Positions 1 through 10,365 are shown, counted from the stretch's first letter. The stretch is DNA of 64,000 bases from a bacterium (GCA_016934955.1 JAFGRY010000030.1:5899-69898), one strand, 5' to 3'. Numbers and translations: made by a program. Notes: a model not told the origin generated them from the sequence alone.

Positions 1-1
1 C

Positions 2-106
2 CCGGGGGAATACACCGTCCGCATGGTTGCCGGCAAGACGACGGCGGAGACGAGGGGCGTGCTGCTTGAAGCCCCCGTGTGGCCGGTGGGCAATCAGCGG
101 CGGTAG
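2..106 (+). CDS. 3' end of an upstream gene (partial, product unknown)
   Basis: Open frame enters the window: ...PGEYTVRMVAGKTTAETRGVLLEAPVWPVGNQRR, then TAG at 104-106. Too short to assign. Confidence 0.3.
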   Translation, partial: PGEYTVRMVAGKTTAETRGVLLEAPVWPVGNQRR

Positions 107-131
107 CCGCACCCCCGGAATCCGGCGAGGT

Positions 132-2033
132 TCAGCGCACGATGGTGCATTTTTTCGTGAGTGTGTCCCAGAAGGTTCTGAGCTGGTAGAAATAGAGGCC
201 TGACGGCAGCCCCTGTGCATTCCAGCTCACTGTATGCGTGCCTTCCCCCGCGTGACCGGTAAAGGGCACGGCCACCGGCTGTCCCAGAAGGTTGTATACG
301 GCAATGGTCACATCGGATTCATAGGCAAGATAGAACGAGATGGCGGTCGATCCTGACACAGGGTTCGGATAATTCTGGTGCAGTGTCGTCCATTCACTTT
401 CTTCCGGTTCCCAGTCATCGTCGATAACGGCCGCGTACCGCATCGGCATATAGCCGCTGAGGTCGTAGAGGGTTTTGATGCCATAGGATACATCCTCGAA
501 GGTTCCGTTGGCGTGCACGATGCTGATGCTCCCCGATCCGTTTCTGTAGACGATGAGCATGACATGGCCGGCGACCCTGTTGGCGATATCCCCCGGCTGA
601 ACATCCGCCCATCTTTCCAGGGGGACTGAAATATCCGGAAGCGATCCGGTCCAGTGCTTGACGGGCTGGTTCCAGGCCCGGGAAACGAAGCCGCTGCAGT
701 CGACACCAACACAGTAGAGATCGCCGGAACTGACGGTGTTGGGATTGTCGCGGTTCAGGTCGTCGGTATAGACATCTCCCGCGTAGCATCCTGCCTCGAT
801 CCTCTCCTCGAATATGTCCACATGAGTGAATCCGCCCCACTTGTAGGGAGTGCGTTTTTTCGGACCGATCGTGACCCAGTACGGCGTTTTGATGAGCGCT
901 CCGTCGGGCAGGGTGACGATTTCGTTGTCGCTGGTATTCGCCTCTCCGCACATCCATTCGATCTGCACATATGCGTCCGCGTTTTCCATGATCGCGCTTC
1001 TGCGAATGGGGTCGAGCATCGCCGGGCCCGAAAACGGTGTCGCCGGCGCGCTCATCCTGTCCCGTTCGGGCAGATGGTCATTGTAGTGGTATGCGGGTAT
1101 CGTCCCGGGAAAGAGTGTCTTCGGCACTCCCGGATCACGGCGCAGACTGTAGAGGGTCAGCGAATCCGGCGATGTCACCATACAGAACAGCCTGTCCCCG
1201 GAGCAGACAAGATCGGCCGCCAGCGGAAAAAATGCGCTCGGGGGCGGTTCAAAAGCGTCGAGAACCTGCCCGTCGCGGGTGGAAATGCAGGCGACCGTGC
1301 GGTTCACCTTCAGCGGGGACTGCCGCACGATCGTCTGGATCTCCAGGTAGAGGCAGCTGTCGACACTGCCGATCACCCGCAGAGATCCGAGCGGGTCCGC
1401 GGACTGCACGGGCAGGGCGACACTCTCCCCGTCCCGGTAGAGCCGGACTTCCGCGGTAAATTCCGTAAGGATCCGCGGATAGGCGGCGGTGCGGCTGTCC
1501 AGCATCCAGCCGCGTTTTCGGCCCTGCATCTGATCGTCGGCGTCCAGGGACCGTCCCTCCCGCCAGAGGGGGAATGAATACCCTTCCGCGGTGAGGGCGA
1601 AGAGAGTGGAATCGCTCCATGCCAGCCGGGAAATGAACCTGAGGGAGGGTGCGATGGGAAAAACGGCCTGCCGTACGCCTTCCCCGTCCAGGACCAGGAT
1701 GCTCTCGCGGCAGCGGACGAAAAAGCGGCTCCCGCTCCAGGTGAAATCCAGGGGCCGGACCGGCAGCTGAAGGGAGCGGAGGAGCCGTCCCTCCGGGATG
1801 CTGTAGACGGCGATCCGGTTCGTGCCGTTGCAGAGCAGAGCGAGCCGGTCATCCCCCAGCATTCTGAAGGCGGCGATGCCGGTGTTCCCGTCGCTCATCC
1901 GTCCGATGGCGATGTCCGGTGCGCCGCGGTAGGTGAGCAGGAAGCGCTGTGCAACGCGGTGCCCCGCCCGTCCGGCCGAAGCTGCCGCCATGATGATGCA
2001 GATGATCAGCGTGCGGGCCTGTTGAATCGGCAT
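132..2033 (-). CDS. Secreted NlpC/P60-domain protein with C-terminal T9SS sorting domain
   Basis: 633-aa ORF with a hydrophobic N-terminus. YKWGG...VGVDCSGFVSRAW...QPGDIANRVAGHVMLIV...IVHANG matches the NlpC/P60 Cys-His core. The C-terminus LHQNYPNPVSGSTAISFYL..VYNLLGQPVAV..SGLYFYQL..KKCTIVR is a T9SS type-A CTD. Confidence 0.8.
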   Translation of the reverse strand: MPIQQARTLIICIIMAAASAGRAGHRVAQRFLLTYRGAPDIAIGRMSDGNTGIAAFRMLGDDRLALLCNGTNRIAVYSIPEGRLLRSLQLPVRPLDFTWSGSRFFVRCRESILVLDGEGVRQAVFPIAPSLRFISRLAWSDSTLFALTAEGYSFPLWREGRSLDADDQMQGRKRGWMLDSRTAAYPRILTEFTAEVRLYRDGESVALPVQSADPLGSLRVIGSVDSCLYLEIQTIVRQSPLKVNRTVACISTRDGQVLDAFEPPPSAFFPLAADLVCSGDRLFCMVTSPDSLTLYSLRRDPGVPKTLFPGTIPAYHYNDHLPERDRMSAPATPFSGPAMLDPIRRSAIMENADAYVQIEWMCGEANTSDNEIVTLPDGALIKTPYWVTIGPKKRTPYKWGGFTHVDIFEERIEAGCYAGDVYTDDLNRDNPNTVSSGDLYCVGVDCSGFVSRAWNQPVKHWTGSLPDISVPLERWADVQPGDIANRVAGHVMLIVYRNGSGSISIVHANGTFEDVSYGIKTLYDLSGYMPMRYAAVIDDDWEPEESEWTTLHQNYPNPVSGSTAISFYLAYESDVTIAVYNLLGQPVAVPFTGHAGEGTHTVSWNAQGLPSGLYFYQLRTFWDTLTKKCTIVR

Positions 2034-2198
2034 ACTCTTCCTCCCGGTTCAGAGAGCGGTTTCGTCTGATGCAGGATACCGTCTATATACTATACGGATA
2101 TGAAGGTGAATGTTCCTGTCCGGGTGATTGATTTTTCTGAAAATAATGCGTACTTTGTCCTGATGCGGGGATTCAGAAGCGAAAACAGGAGAGAGAGC

Positions 2199-3044
2199 GT
2201 GCCGTTGTTCGGAGCACATGTGTCAATCGCCGGCGGGCTGGCGAACGCCATTGAGAGGGGGGAGGAACTGGGCTGTGAGGCGATCCAGATATTCAGCAGG
2301 AACCAGCGGCAGTGGCGCAGTCCGCCGATAAGCGGAGAAGAGGCCGGCCGTTTTCTCGAGCGTCTGACTGACAGCGGCATCGAGCAGGTGATCATTCACG
2401 ATTCCTACCTGATCAATCTTGCCCAGCCGGACCGGGACAAGCGGGAGCAATCGATTGAATCGTTCGCGGAGGAAATGCGGCGGGCCGACCTGCTGCGGGC
2501 CTCCGCCCTGGTGTTCCATCCCGGCTCGCATATGGGAGAAGGATACGAGGCGGGCATCAGCACGGCGGCCGCAAGTCTGAACCGGCTGCTCGACGCCGAT
2601 CAGGACGGGCGGGTCACGCTTGCCGCCGAGATCACCGCCGGCCAGGGGACCAACATCGGGTACCGCCTCGAGCAGCTGGCGGCGCTGCTCGATCTCGTTG
2701 AGCACCGGGAGCGGATGGGTGTCTGTTTCGACACGGCGCACGCCTTCGCCGCGGGATACGATATCACGGGCGAAGAGGGATACCGGGAGACCTTCGCCGC
2801 TCTTGAGGGGACCATCGGCCTGGACAAACTGGCCGTTTTTCATCTGAACGATTCGAAAACCCCGGCGGGCGGGCGGGTCGACCGGCACGACAACCTTGGA
2901 AGCGGACTGATGGGTGAAACACCGTTCAGACGCCTTGTCCGCGATGCCCGTTTCAAGGGGCTGCCGATGATCCTTGAGACGCCGGGGGGCGAGGTCATGT
3001 TCAGAAAAAACCTCGATCTGCTGCGCCGATTCAGAGGGGAATAA
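2199..3044 (+). CDS. nfo: Endonuclease IV (AP endonuclease, xylose-isomerase-like TIM barrel)
   Basis: FGAHVSIAGGL, IHDSYLINLA, FHPGSH, EITAGQG, CFDTAHAFAAGYD, HLNDSK, DRHDNLGSG and ILETP are all Nfo signatures. The ORF opens at 2100, but the GTG at 2199 follows AGGAGA and matches where homologues start. Confidence 0.9.
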   Translation: MPLFGAHVSIAGGLANAIERGEELGCEAIQIFSRNQRQWRSPPISGEEAGRFLERLTDSGIEQVIIHDSYLINLAQPDRDKREQSIESFAEEMRRADLLRASALVFHPGSHMGEGYEAGISTAAASLNRLLDADQDGRVTLAAEITAGQGTNIGYRLEQLAALLDLVEHRERMGVCFDTAHAFAAGYDITGEEGYRETFAALEGTIGLDKLAVFHLNDSKTPAGGRVDRHDNLGSGLMGETPFRRLVRDARFKGLPMILETPGGEVMFRKNLDLLRRFRGE

Positions 3045-3147
3045 AAATGCAGTTTTAGGTTGATTTTTACGGGATAATCCTTTAAATTGAACGACTGATT
3101 GAAAGAGATATTATTAAAAAATCATTAAATTCGGAGGTGCGTGTCCA

Positions 3148-3660
3148 GTGAAGATCACCCCTTTGGAAATAAAAAAGCAGGATTTCAAGATCAAGGTGCG
3201 CGGGTACGATCCCGCTGAGGTGGAATCGTTCCTGGAGATGGTCGCTGACGAATACGAGAATATGGTGAATGAGAAAAACGCGCTCGCGGAGCAGGTCGTG
3301 AAGCTGAAGACGCAGCTTGTTGATTATCAGCAGGTCGAGAAAACACTTCAGGATACGCTCATGAACGCCCAGGAGTCGGTCAGCCAGTCAAAGGAGAACT
3401 CGAAACGCGAGGCGATGATCCTCATCCGGGAGGCGGAATTGAAGGCGGAGCGCATTCTCGACGAAGCCCGGGAGCGGCTGGATAAAATGCGCAACGAACT
3501 GTCGATTCTCAGGACCCAGAAGGAGTCCTTCGCCCGGCGGCTGAAGCACCTGCTTGAATCCCAGGTTGAACTGGTCAAAGTGCTGGAAATGGACGACCTC
3601 GAGGCCGGCGGCAAGGGATCATCTTCATCGCGGCCTAAACCGGATGACAAGGGCGCCTGA
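3148..3660 (+). CDS. divIVA: DivIVA-domain protein
   Basis: N-terminus MKITPLEIKKQDFKIKVRGYDPAEVESFLEMV is the DivIVA lipid-binding motif, followed by coiled coil. GGAGG lies upstream of the GTG start. Confidence 0.85.
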   Translation: MKITPLEIKKQDFKIKVRGYDPAEVESFLEMVADEYENMVNEKNALAEQVVKLKTQLVDYQQVEKTLQDTLMNAQESVSQSKENSKREAMILIREAELKAERILDEARERLDKMRNELSILRTQKESFARRLKHLLESQVELVKVLEMDDLEAGGKGSSSSRPKPDDKGA

Positions 3661-3714
3661 TCCTGCCCGCTGCAGGGTGAACGAGCGCAGGGCGATAATT
3701 TCAGGGAGGCATCT

Positions 3715-4389
3715 ATGCAGGGTGTAAAATGGTGTGCGGTACTGCTGATCGTAGTGCTGACGGCTGTCGGCTGTTCCCGGTACGTGGTCGTGTCCTATGA
3801 TCAGGTCGAAAAGACCAACAGTGTCGAAATAGCGCTGAACAGCGGCGCCCGGATCAGCGGAGCGGTATTCAAGAAAGAACCGCATCAGCTGTCGCTGCTG
3901 ACCGACGACCGCAGAAGGGCGCTGGTGACCAAAGACAACATCATGTCGATCAAGCGGCTGCCTCCGGTGTATGACAGTTTCGGGAACGGTATCTCCGAGC
4001 TGGAAATCGCCGAATATAAAACCAACAGAAATGCCGTGATATACGGGATCGGCGGCGGTGCGCTCAGTTTAGGCACATCCTTCTTCCTCGGATCCATGCT
4101 GGCTGCCGATTCCAGCCGGGACGGCGGCGCCATTCTGGCCGGCTCCATGGCCGGTCTGGGCATTCCGGGAACCGTGCTGTTTGTTCGGGCCGGTATGGCA
4201 AAGGACAGAAAAGACGCCATCGAAAAAATCAATGACAAGCGGATCTCCGCCAAGCTTGAGGAGACCGGAGGGGGAGATCCCGCTCAGAGCGATAAAATGA
4301 TGGAATTGCAAAAAGAGAAAGAACGACAGGAAGCGCTCCGGAAGGAACGGGAACGGCTGCTTAAGGAGCTGGAGGAAAAGAAGAAGTGA
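3715..4389 (+). CDS. Hypothetical lipoprotein with glycine-zipper segment and charged coiled-coil tail
   Basis: Signal peptide ending LTAVGC (lipobox). G-rich hydrophobic stretch GIGGGALSLGTSFFLGS. C-terminal KEKERQEALRKERERLLKELEEKKK. Confidence 0.6.
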   Translation: MQGVKWCAVLLIVVLTAVGCSRYVVVSYDQVEKTNSVEIALNSGARISGAVFKKEPHQLSLLTDDRRRALVTKDNIMSIKRLPPVYDSFGNGISELEIAEYKTNRNAVIYGIGGGALSLGTSFFLGSMLAADSSRDGGAILAGSMAGLGIPGTVLFVRAGMAKDRKDAIEKINDKRISAKLEETGGGDPAQSDKMMELQKEKERQEALRKERERLLKELEEKKK

Positions 4390-4408
4390 ACGGGCGGCGG
4401 GCGGCGGC

Positions 4409-5305
4409 ATGAAACGAATCGGCATAATCGGCGGCAGCGGACTGTACGATATCGAGGGCATGGAGATAATCGAATCAGTCCCGATGGAAACACCGTTCGG
4501 TGCCCCTTCGGATGCCTATACAGTGGGCCGTCTGGCGGGCAGAGAGGTGGTGTTTCTGCCCCGGCACGGCAAAGGACACCGGTTTCTGCCTTCCGAGGTA
4601 AATTACCGGGCGAATGTCTGGGGCATGAAAAAACTCGGTGTTGAGTGGCTCATCTCCGTTTCAGCGGTGGGATCGCTTAAAAAGGAGATCAGGCCCCTGG
4701 ACATCGTCCTGGCCGACCAGTTCGTCGACCGCACCCGAAACCGGGAGCACACGTTCTTCGGAGACGGCATCGTCGCTCATATCGCCTTCGCCCACCCCAC
4801 CTGCTCCGGCCTGCGGGCGGTGCTGGTCGAGGCGGCGGAAGCGGCCGGTTTTTCCGCCGGACTGCACAACGGCGGCACCTACCTGAATATGGAAGGGCCC
4901 GCGTTTTCAACCAGGGCGGAATCTTCGCTTTTCCGTTCCTGGGGCATGGATGTGATCGGTATGACGACGATGACCGAAGCCCGGCTGGCCCGGGAAGCCG
5001 AGCTCTGCTTCGCGACCATGGCCCTGGTCACCGACTACGATTGCTGGTTCGAAGACGATCCCGAGGCGAGTGTGTCCGTTGAAATGGTAGTGCAGAATGT
5101 CGCCCGCAACGTCGAGCACGCCAAGGCCATCCTCAGGGAAGCGGTGTCGCGTCTGGGTGCTGAACGGGAATGCGATTGCGGCAGCGCGCTGGCAAACGCC
5201 GTGATGACCGATCCGGGATCGATCCCGAAGGCAGCCTGGAAGAAGCATGAGCTGCTGCTCTCAAAATATAATCTGAAGCAGGAAAAGCAGAAGGAGCTGG
5301 ATTGA
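4409..5305 (+). CDS. mtnP: S-methyl-5'-thioadenosine phosphorylase
   Basis: IGIIGGSGLYD, FLPRHGKGHRFLPSEVNYRANVWGMKKLGV, MEGPAFSTRAES and DVIGMTTMTEARLAREAELC are typical MTAP/PNP-family motifs. Confidence 0.9.
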   Translation: MKRIGIIGGSGLYDIEGMEIIESVPMETPFGAPSDAYTVGRLAGREVVFLPRHGKGHRFLPSEVNYRANVWGMKKLGVEWLISVSAVGSLKKEIRPLDIVLADQFVDRTRNREHTFFGDGIVAHIAFAHPTCSGLRAVLVEAAEAAGFSAGLHNGGTYLNMEGPAFSTRAESSLFRSWGMDVIGMTTMTEARLAREAELCFATMALVTDYDCWFEDDPEASVSVEMVVQNVARNVEHAKAILREAVSRLGAERECDCGSALANAVMTDPGSIPKAAWKKHELLLSKYNLKQEKQKELD

Positions 5306-8300
5306 GTTTCAAAGAAGTAAAAAGTCCCGTTGATTTTCCCGAGCTGGAAAAGCGGATCCTGGATTTTTGGAACGAGCACCGTATTTTTGAAAAGACGGTG
5401 GAATCCCGTCCGGCGGACAAACCGTTCATTTTCTACGAAGGACCGCCGACGGCCAACGGCAAACCGGGCATCCACCATGTCATCTCCCGCACCATCAAGG
5501 ATTTCACCTGCCGATACAAAACGATGCAGGGATTCAGGGTGAAGCGCAAGGCCGGCTGGGACACCCACGGCCTTCCGGTCGAGATCGAAGTCGAGAAAGC
5601 GCTTGGATTTGAAACCAAGGAGCAGATAGAAGCGTACGGCGTCGACAAATTCAATAAAAAGTGCCGTGAATCCGTATTCACCTATCTCAAGGAATGGAAT
5701 GAACTGACGCACCGGATCGGCTTCTGGGTCGATCTGGACGATGCATATATCACCTACAAGCAGGAGTATATCGAGACGGTCTGGCACCTGCTCTCGCAGA
5801 TGTGGGAAAAAGGGCTGCTCTATCTCGGGTTCAAGATCCTGCCCTACTGTTCCCGCTGTGAGACGGCGCTTTCCAGCCACGAAACGTCCATGGGATACAA
5901 GGATGTCAAGGACAGATCGATCACCGCCAAGTTCCCGCTGACCGAGGGTGAAAACCGTTTCATCCTCGCCTGGACGACCACACCCTGGACCCTGCCCGGA
6001 AATGTGGCGCTGGCCGTGGGCGCGGACATCGATTACGTGGAAATAGAGCAGAATGCCGGCGGCCGCAGGGAGATCTATTATCTCGCCGAGAACCGGCTGG
6101 AAGAGGTGAAAGGGGAGTACACGGTCCTGCGCACCCTCAAGGGTTCAGAGATGGAGGGGTGGCGGTACCGTCCCCTGTTTGACGGGATCGACCTCAGCGG
6201 CGAGGGAGAGCGGGCCTATCTGGTCGCCTGTGCGGATTTCGTCACCACCGAGGAGGGTACCGGGGTGGTGCATACAGCGGTCATGTACGGCGAAGACGAT
6301 TACCGGCTCGGCCGCGCCATCGGGCTCCCGGCGGTGCACACCGTGGATGAGAAGGGGCGCTTCAACGACTATGTGCCCCTCTGGACCGGGAGACATGTAA
6401 AGGATCCGGATGTGGAACAGGGCATTATCGACACGCTCCTGGAAAGCGGACGGCTCTACCGGGTTAAAACCTACGAACATTCCTATCCTCACTGCTGGCG
6501 CTGCGATTCGCCGCTTCTCTATTACGCGAAGAAGTCATGGTACCTGGAAACGACCAGGATCAAAGAGCGGATGATCGAGAACAATAACAGCATCCGCTGG
6601 ATACCCAAAGAGGTCGGGGAGGGCCGTTTCGGCCAGTGGCTGGAGAACAATATCGACTGGGCGCTCTCCAGGGACAGATTCTGGGGCACGCCCCTGAACA
6701 TGTGGCTCTGCGACGGCTGTGATCATAAAACAAGCATCGGCAGCGTTGCGGAACTGAAGGAGCGTTCCGGAAAAGAGACCATCGAAGACCTGCACAAGCC
6801 CTACATCGACGACATCACCTTTCCCTGCCCTGAATGCGGCGGCACCATGCGCAGGACGCCGGAAGTGATCGACTGCTGGTTCGATTCCGGGGCCATGCCT
6901 TACGCCCAGTTCCACTACCCCTTCAACACCGACGGCAGTTTTGAAGAGCAGTTCCCGGCCGACTTCATTGCCGAGGGCATCGATCAGACAAGGGGCTGGT
7001 TCTATTCGTTGCTGGCGATCTCGACCATGATATCCGGTACCCCTGCGTATAAGACCTGTATGTCTATAGAGATGATCCTCGACAAGAACGGCCAGAAGAT
7101 GTCCAAGAGCAGGGGCAACAGCGTCGATCCCTTCCTGATTCTCGACAAGGAGGGTGCCGATCCGCTGCGGTGGTATCTCTTCACCGTCAGTCCGCCCTGG
7201 GTGCCGACCCGTTTTGACCAGGAGGGCGTGGCCGAAGTGCACCGCAAGTTCTTCGGAACACTGGCGAATACATACAGTTTTTTCGTGATGTACGCAAATA
7301 TAGATGCGTTTGCCTATGAGACACCGATACCGGTGCCCGAACGGCCCGAGATCGACCGCTGGCTCATATCCACGGCAAACAGGCTGGTTCAGGATGTCGC
7401 AGGATACCTCGAGCAGTACGAAGTGACGCGGGCGGCCCGGCAGATCCAGAATTTCGTTCTCGATGACCTCTCGAACTGGTATGTGCGGCGCAACCGGCGG
7501 CGTTTCTGGAAAGCGGAGATGGGCCCTGACAAGACCGCGGCGTTTCAGACGCTCTACGAAGTGCTCATCATGACCGCCAAAATGGTGGCGCCGTTCGCGC
7601 CCTTCTTCGCCGAGGATATCTATCGCAATCTGAATCAGAACGGATACGAATCCGCCGAGAGTGTGCATCTCGCCATGTACCCGTCGCCGGATGACGAACG
7701 GTACCGGTACAGGGATATCGCCCTGGAAGAGCGTATGAATATGGCGCGGGAGATCGTCACGCTTTCCCATTCCGCGCGGAATGAAGCGAAAATCAAGGTG
7801 CGTCAGCCTCTCAGACGAGCGATTGCGGTAATTCCCGACCGCGAGAAAATCGATTCGGTGAGAACCCTGGAGCCGCTGATCCTGGAAGAGATCAACATGA
7901 GGAGCCTCGAATTCGTCGCCACTCCCGATGAGATCATGACGCAGACGGCCCTGCCGGTGTTCAAGAACCTCGGGCCGAAATTCGGCAAACAGGTCAATCA
8001 GGCCGCCGAACTGGTAAAGGCCTTCACTCCCGCCGAGATCAGGCGGCTGCAGGATGGCGGCAGTGTCGAGATTGCTCCGGACGGGGCGGCTCCGGCTGCG
8101 GTCACCATCGATGATATCGAGGTCGAGTCCAGGGCGGCGCCGGGACTGATGGTGCAGAGCGGCCGCTTGATGCATGTTGCCATCGACACCGGCCTCGATG
8201 ATGTGCTGATCAACGAAGGGCTGACCCGGGAATTCATCAACCGGGTGCAGAAGATGCGCAAGGAGGCCGGATTCGACGTGACCGACCGCATCCGCGTGTA

Positions 8301-8469
8301 CTATGATGCGGATGCCCGCATGGATACGGCAATCAGGGGCAGCCGCGGCTATATCCAGGATGAACTGCTGGCCGTCGAACTTGAGAACAATATGAAAGAG
8401 GCAGCGTATACGAAAAAGTGGAAGATCGAAGACAGTGATGTATCTGTTTCCATAGAAAAAGTACAATAA
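5302..8469 (+). CDS. ileS: Isoleucine--tRNA ligase (type 2)
   Basis: 1055 aa. HIGH-type motif PGIHHVISR, KMSKS motif QKMSKSRGN, and a CP1 editing region. The TTG start overlaps the mtnP stop (ATTGA). Confidence 0.97.
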   Translation: MSFKEVKSPVDFPELEKRILDFWNEHRIFEKTVESRPADKPFIFYEGPPTANGKPGIHHVISRTIKDFTCRYKTMQGFRVKRKAGWDTHGLPVEIEVEKALGFETKEQIEAYGVDKFNKKCRESVFTYLKEWNELTHRIGFWVDLDDAYITYKQEYIETVWHLLSQMWEKGLLYLGFKILPYCSRCETALSSHETSMGYKDVKDRSITAKFPLTEGENRFILAWTTTPWTLPGNVALAVGADIDYVEIEQNAGGRREIYYLAENRLEEVKGEYTVLRTLKGSEMEGWRYRPLFDGIDLSGEGERAYLVACADFVTTEEGTGVVHTAVMYGEDDYRLGRAIGLPAVHTVDEKGRFNDYVPLWTGRHVKDPDVEQGIIDTLLESGRLYRVKTYEHSYPHCWRCDSPLLYYAKKSWYLETTRIKERMIENNNSIRWIPKEVGEGRFGQWLENNIDWALSRDRFWGTPLNMWLCDGCDHKTSIGSVAELKERSGKETIEDLHKPYIDDITFPCPECGGTMRRTPEVIDCWFDSGAMPYAQFHYPFNTDGSFEEQFPADFIAEGIDQTRGWFYSLLAISTMISGTPAYKTCMSIEMILDKNGQKMSKSRGNSVDPFLILDKEGADPLRWYLFTVSPPWVPTRFDQEGVAEVHRKFFGTLANTYSFFVMYANIDAFAYETPIPVPERPEIDRWLISTANRLVQDVAGYLEQYEVTRAARQIQNFVLDDLSNWYVRRNRRRFWKAEMGPDKTAAFQTLYEVLIMTAKMVAPFAPFFAEDIYRNLNQNGYESAESVHLAMYPSPDDERYRYRDIALEERMNMAREIVTLSHSARNEAKIKVRQPLRRAIAVIPDREKIDSVRTLEPLILEEINMRSLEFVATPDEIMTQTALPVFKNLGPKFGKQVNQAAELVKAFTPAEIRRLQDGGSVEIAPDGAAPAAVTIDDIEVESRAAPGLMVQSGRLMHVAIDTGLDDVLINEGLTREFINRVQKMRKEAGFDVTDRIRVYYDADARMDTAIRGSRGYIQDELLAVELENNMKEAAYTKKWKIEDSDVSVSIEKVQ

Positions 8470-8495
8470 CGGCACAGGTAGGTTTTAGGAGAAGT

Positions 8496-8894
8496 GTGAT
8501 GGAGAAAACAAAGCTGGAAAAATATAAGAAGATTTTGCTGCAGAAACGGAAAGAACTCGTAGAGCACATGGAAGTGATCAAAGACAGCGACATGCAGCAG
8601 ACAACCAAAGAATCGTCGGGAGACCATTCATCATACGCCTTTCACATGGCGGATCAGGGCACTGACAACATGGAGCGGGAAAAGAGTTTTTTCTACGCCC
8701 AGCGTGACGGCCGGCTGATCTATCACATCGACAAGGCGCTTGAGCGAATCGAAGAAGGGACTTACGGCAGATGTCACTCGTGCAACGAGTATATCTCCGA
8801 CGCGCGGCTGGAAGCCGTCCCCCACGCGAGAATGTGTATCGCCTGTAAATCCGCCGAAGAGCAGAAAAAAGCCGCCAACGGCCGGGGAGGGTGA
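8496..8894 (+). CDS. DksA/TraR-family C4 zinc-finger protein
   Basis: C-terminal CHSCNEYISDARLEAVPHARMCIACK four-Cys finger after a helical N-terminus. Sits in the classical position between ileS and lspA. Confidence 0.85.
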   Translation: MMEKTKLEKYKKILLQKRKELVEHMEVIKDSDMQQTTKESSGDHSSYAFHMADQGTDNMEREKSFFYAQRDGRLIYHIDKALERIEEGTYGRCHSCNEYISDARLEAVPHARMCIACKSAEEQKKAANGRGG

Positions 8895-9385
8895 GCGTGC
8901 TCGTTTTTATCCTTTTTTTCTGCTCACTGGCTGCGGACCAGATCACCAAGTACGCCGTTCGCGAAACGATGGTGCTGGGCCAGTCAATTCCGGTGCTGGG
9001 CGATTTTTTCCGGCTGACCTATGTCGAGAATCCCGGAATCGCGTTCGGCATTCAGATCGGGAACGGGGCGGTGTTTACCGTCCTTTCCCTGCTGGCGAGT
9101 ATCGGCATTATCGTCTATCTGGCGACCCACTGGCATGAGTCGAACGGCATGAAGAACGGTCTGGCGCTTATTCTGGGCGGGGCTTTCGGTAATCTTATCG
9201 ACCGGATACTGCACGGGAGGGTGGTCGATTTTCTCGAAGTGGGCATTCGGCAGTACCGCTGGCCGGTTTTCAATGTCGCCGATTCGGCGGTGGTGATCGG
9301 GATGATCGTGCTGTTCATTACCGTGTTCAAGGCCGAGAAAGAGGCGAAAGAACGGGAAGGTGAGCATCTATCCGAAACAGAGTGA
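8891..9385 (+). CDS. lspA: Lipoprotein signal peptidase II
   Basis: FRLTYVENPGIAFG, GGAFGNLIDR, VVDF and FNVADSAV motifs with four hydrophobic segments. The GTG start overlaps the upstream stop. Confidence 0.9.
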   Translation: MSVLVFILFFCSLAADQITKYAVRETMVLGQSIPVLGDFFRLTYVENPGIAFGIQIGNGAVFTVLSLLASIGIIVYLATHWHESNGMKNGLALILGGAFGNLIDRILHGRVVDFLEVGIRQYRWPVFNVADSAVVIGMIVLFITVFKAEKEAKEREGEHLSETE

Positions 9386-10365
9386 CACACAGCCGGCAGC
9401 ATGTTTTTCAGGTGCCCGCGGGCAAGAAGAAAGAGAGACTCGACCAGTATCTGACCCAGTGCATTCCTGATATTTCCCGCAGTAAAATACAGAGGCTGAT
9501 CAGGGAAGGGTTCGTTCTTGTTAACGGTGAGTCAGTCAAGACAAGACACACTGTTCAGCCGTTCGAGCGCATAGAGGTGCAGCTGCCCACGGCCCGCCCG
9601 GCCGAGGCGCTGCCCGAAGATATCCCCCTTACCATTGTCTACGAAGATGATTCACTGCTGGTGATCGATAAACCGGCCGGTATGGTCGTGCATCCCGGAT
9701 CGGGCAATTTTACCGGCACGATGGTGAACGCGCTTCTCGGCCGGGGGACCGCGCTTTCCGGAGCGCCCGGAATGCTGCGTCCGGGGATCGTTCACCGCAT
9801 CGACAAGGAGACCTCGGGACTGCTGGTGGTGGCGAAAGACGACAGCACCCACCGGAAACTGGCGCTTCAGTTCGAAGAAAAAACCGCCACCCGCTTGTAT
9901 GAGAGTGTCGTCTGGACGAGGATCACACCCGGCAGCGGCAGGATCGAGGCGGCAATCGGACGGAGCACAAGGGACCGCAAGACCATGGCGGTGGACTCCC
10001 GGGGCAAGACGGCCGTAACGATCTTTACGGTGCTCGAACGGTTTACCTTCGCCACCTATCTGCAGCTGAAACTCGAAACGGGGCGTACCCATCAGATACG
10101 CGTGCATATGAAGCATATGGGCGCGCCCGTATTCGGAGATCAAACCTACGGGGGACGGGGAAGCGCCCTGGCCGGGCTGAATACTCACGACAAGGCCGCG
10201 GCCAAAGAGATGCTCGCGGTGATGACCCGTCAGGCGCTGCACGCGCGAACCCTGGGATTTCATCACCCGGCAACCGGATCCTTTATGGAGTTCAGCAGCG
10301 ACCTGCCCGGGGACTTTATTCGTCTGCTGAACATGATGCGACACGAGCGTCGGCAGCCGGACTGA
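9382..10365 (+). CDS. rluD: 23S rRNA pseudouridine synthase, RluA/RluD family
   Basis: N-terminal S4 domain (RLDQYL...SRSKIQRLIREGFVLVNG). Catalytic HRIDKETSGLLVVAK and THQIRVH motifs. Confidence 0.9.
   Translation: MTHSRQHVFQVPAGKKKERLDQYLTQCIPDISRSKIQRLIREGFVLVNGESVKTRHTVQPFERIEVQLPTARPAEALPEDIPLTIVYEDDSLLVIDKPAGMVVHPGSGNFTGTMVNALLGRGTALSGAPGMLRPGIVHRIDKETSGLLVVAKDDSTHRKLALQFEEKTATRLYESVVWTRITPGSGRIEAAIGRSTRDRKTMAVDSRGKTAVTIFTVLERFTFATYLQLKLETGRTHQIRVHMKHMGAPVFGDQTYGGRGSALAGLNTHDKAAAKEMLAVMTRQALHARTLGFHHPATGSFMEFSSDLPGDFIRLLNMMRHERRQPD

Noticed and set aside
6535-8475. 646-aa ORF antisense to ileS. Similar long antisense ORFs occur at 13987-15246, 16178-17158, 19467-20480, 23044-24126, 26113-28065, 28906-30030, 31017-32285, 33073-34119, 35516-36154, 43415-44431, 45351-46562 and 54028-55014.
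   Set aside because: Each lies fully inside a gene with strong family motifs on the other strand. Their products are Arg/Gly/Pro/His-rich with no recognisable motifs. This is typical of stop-poor antisense frames in GC-rich DNA.
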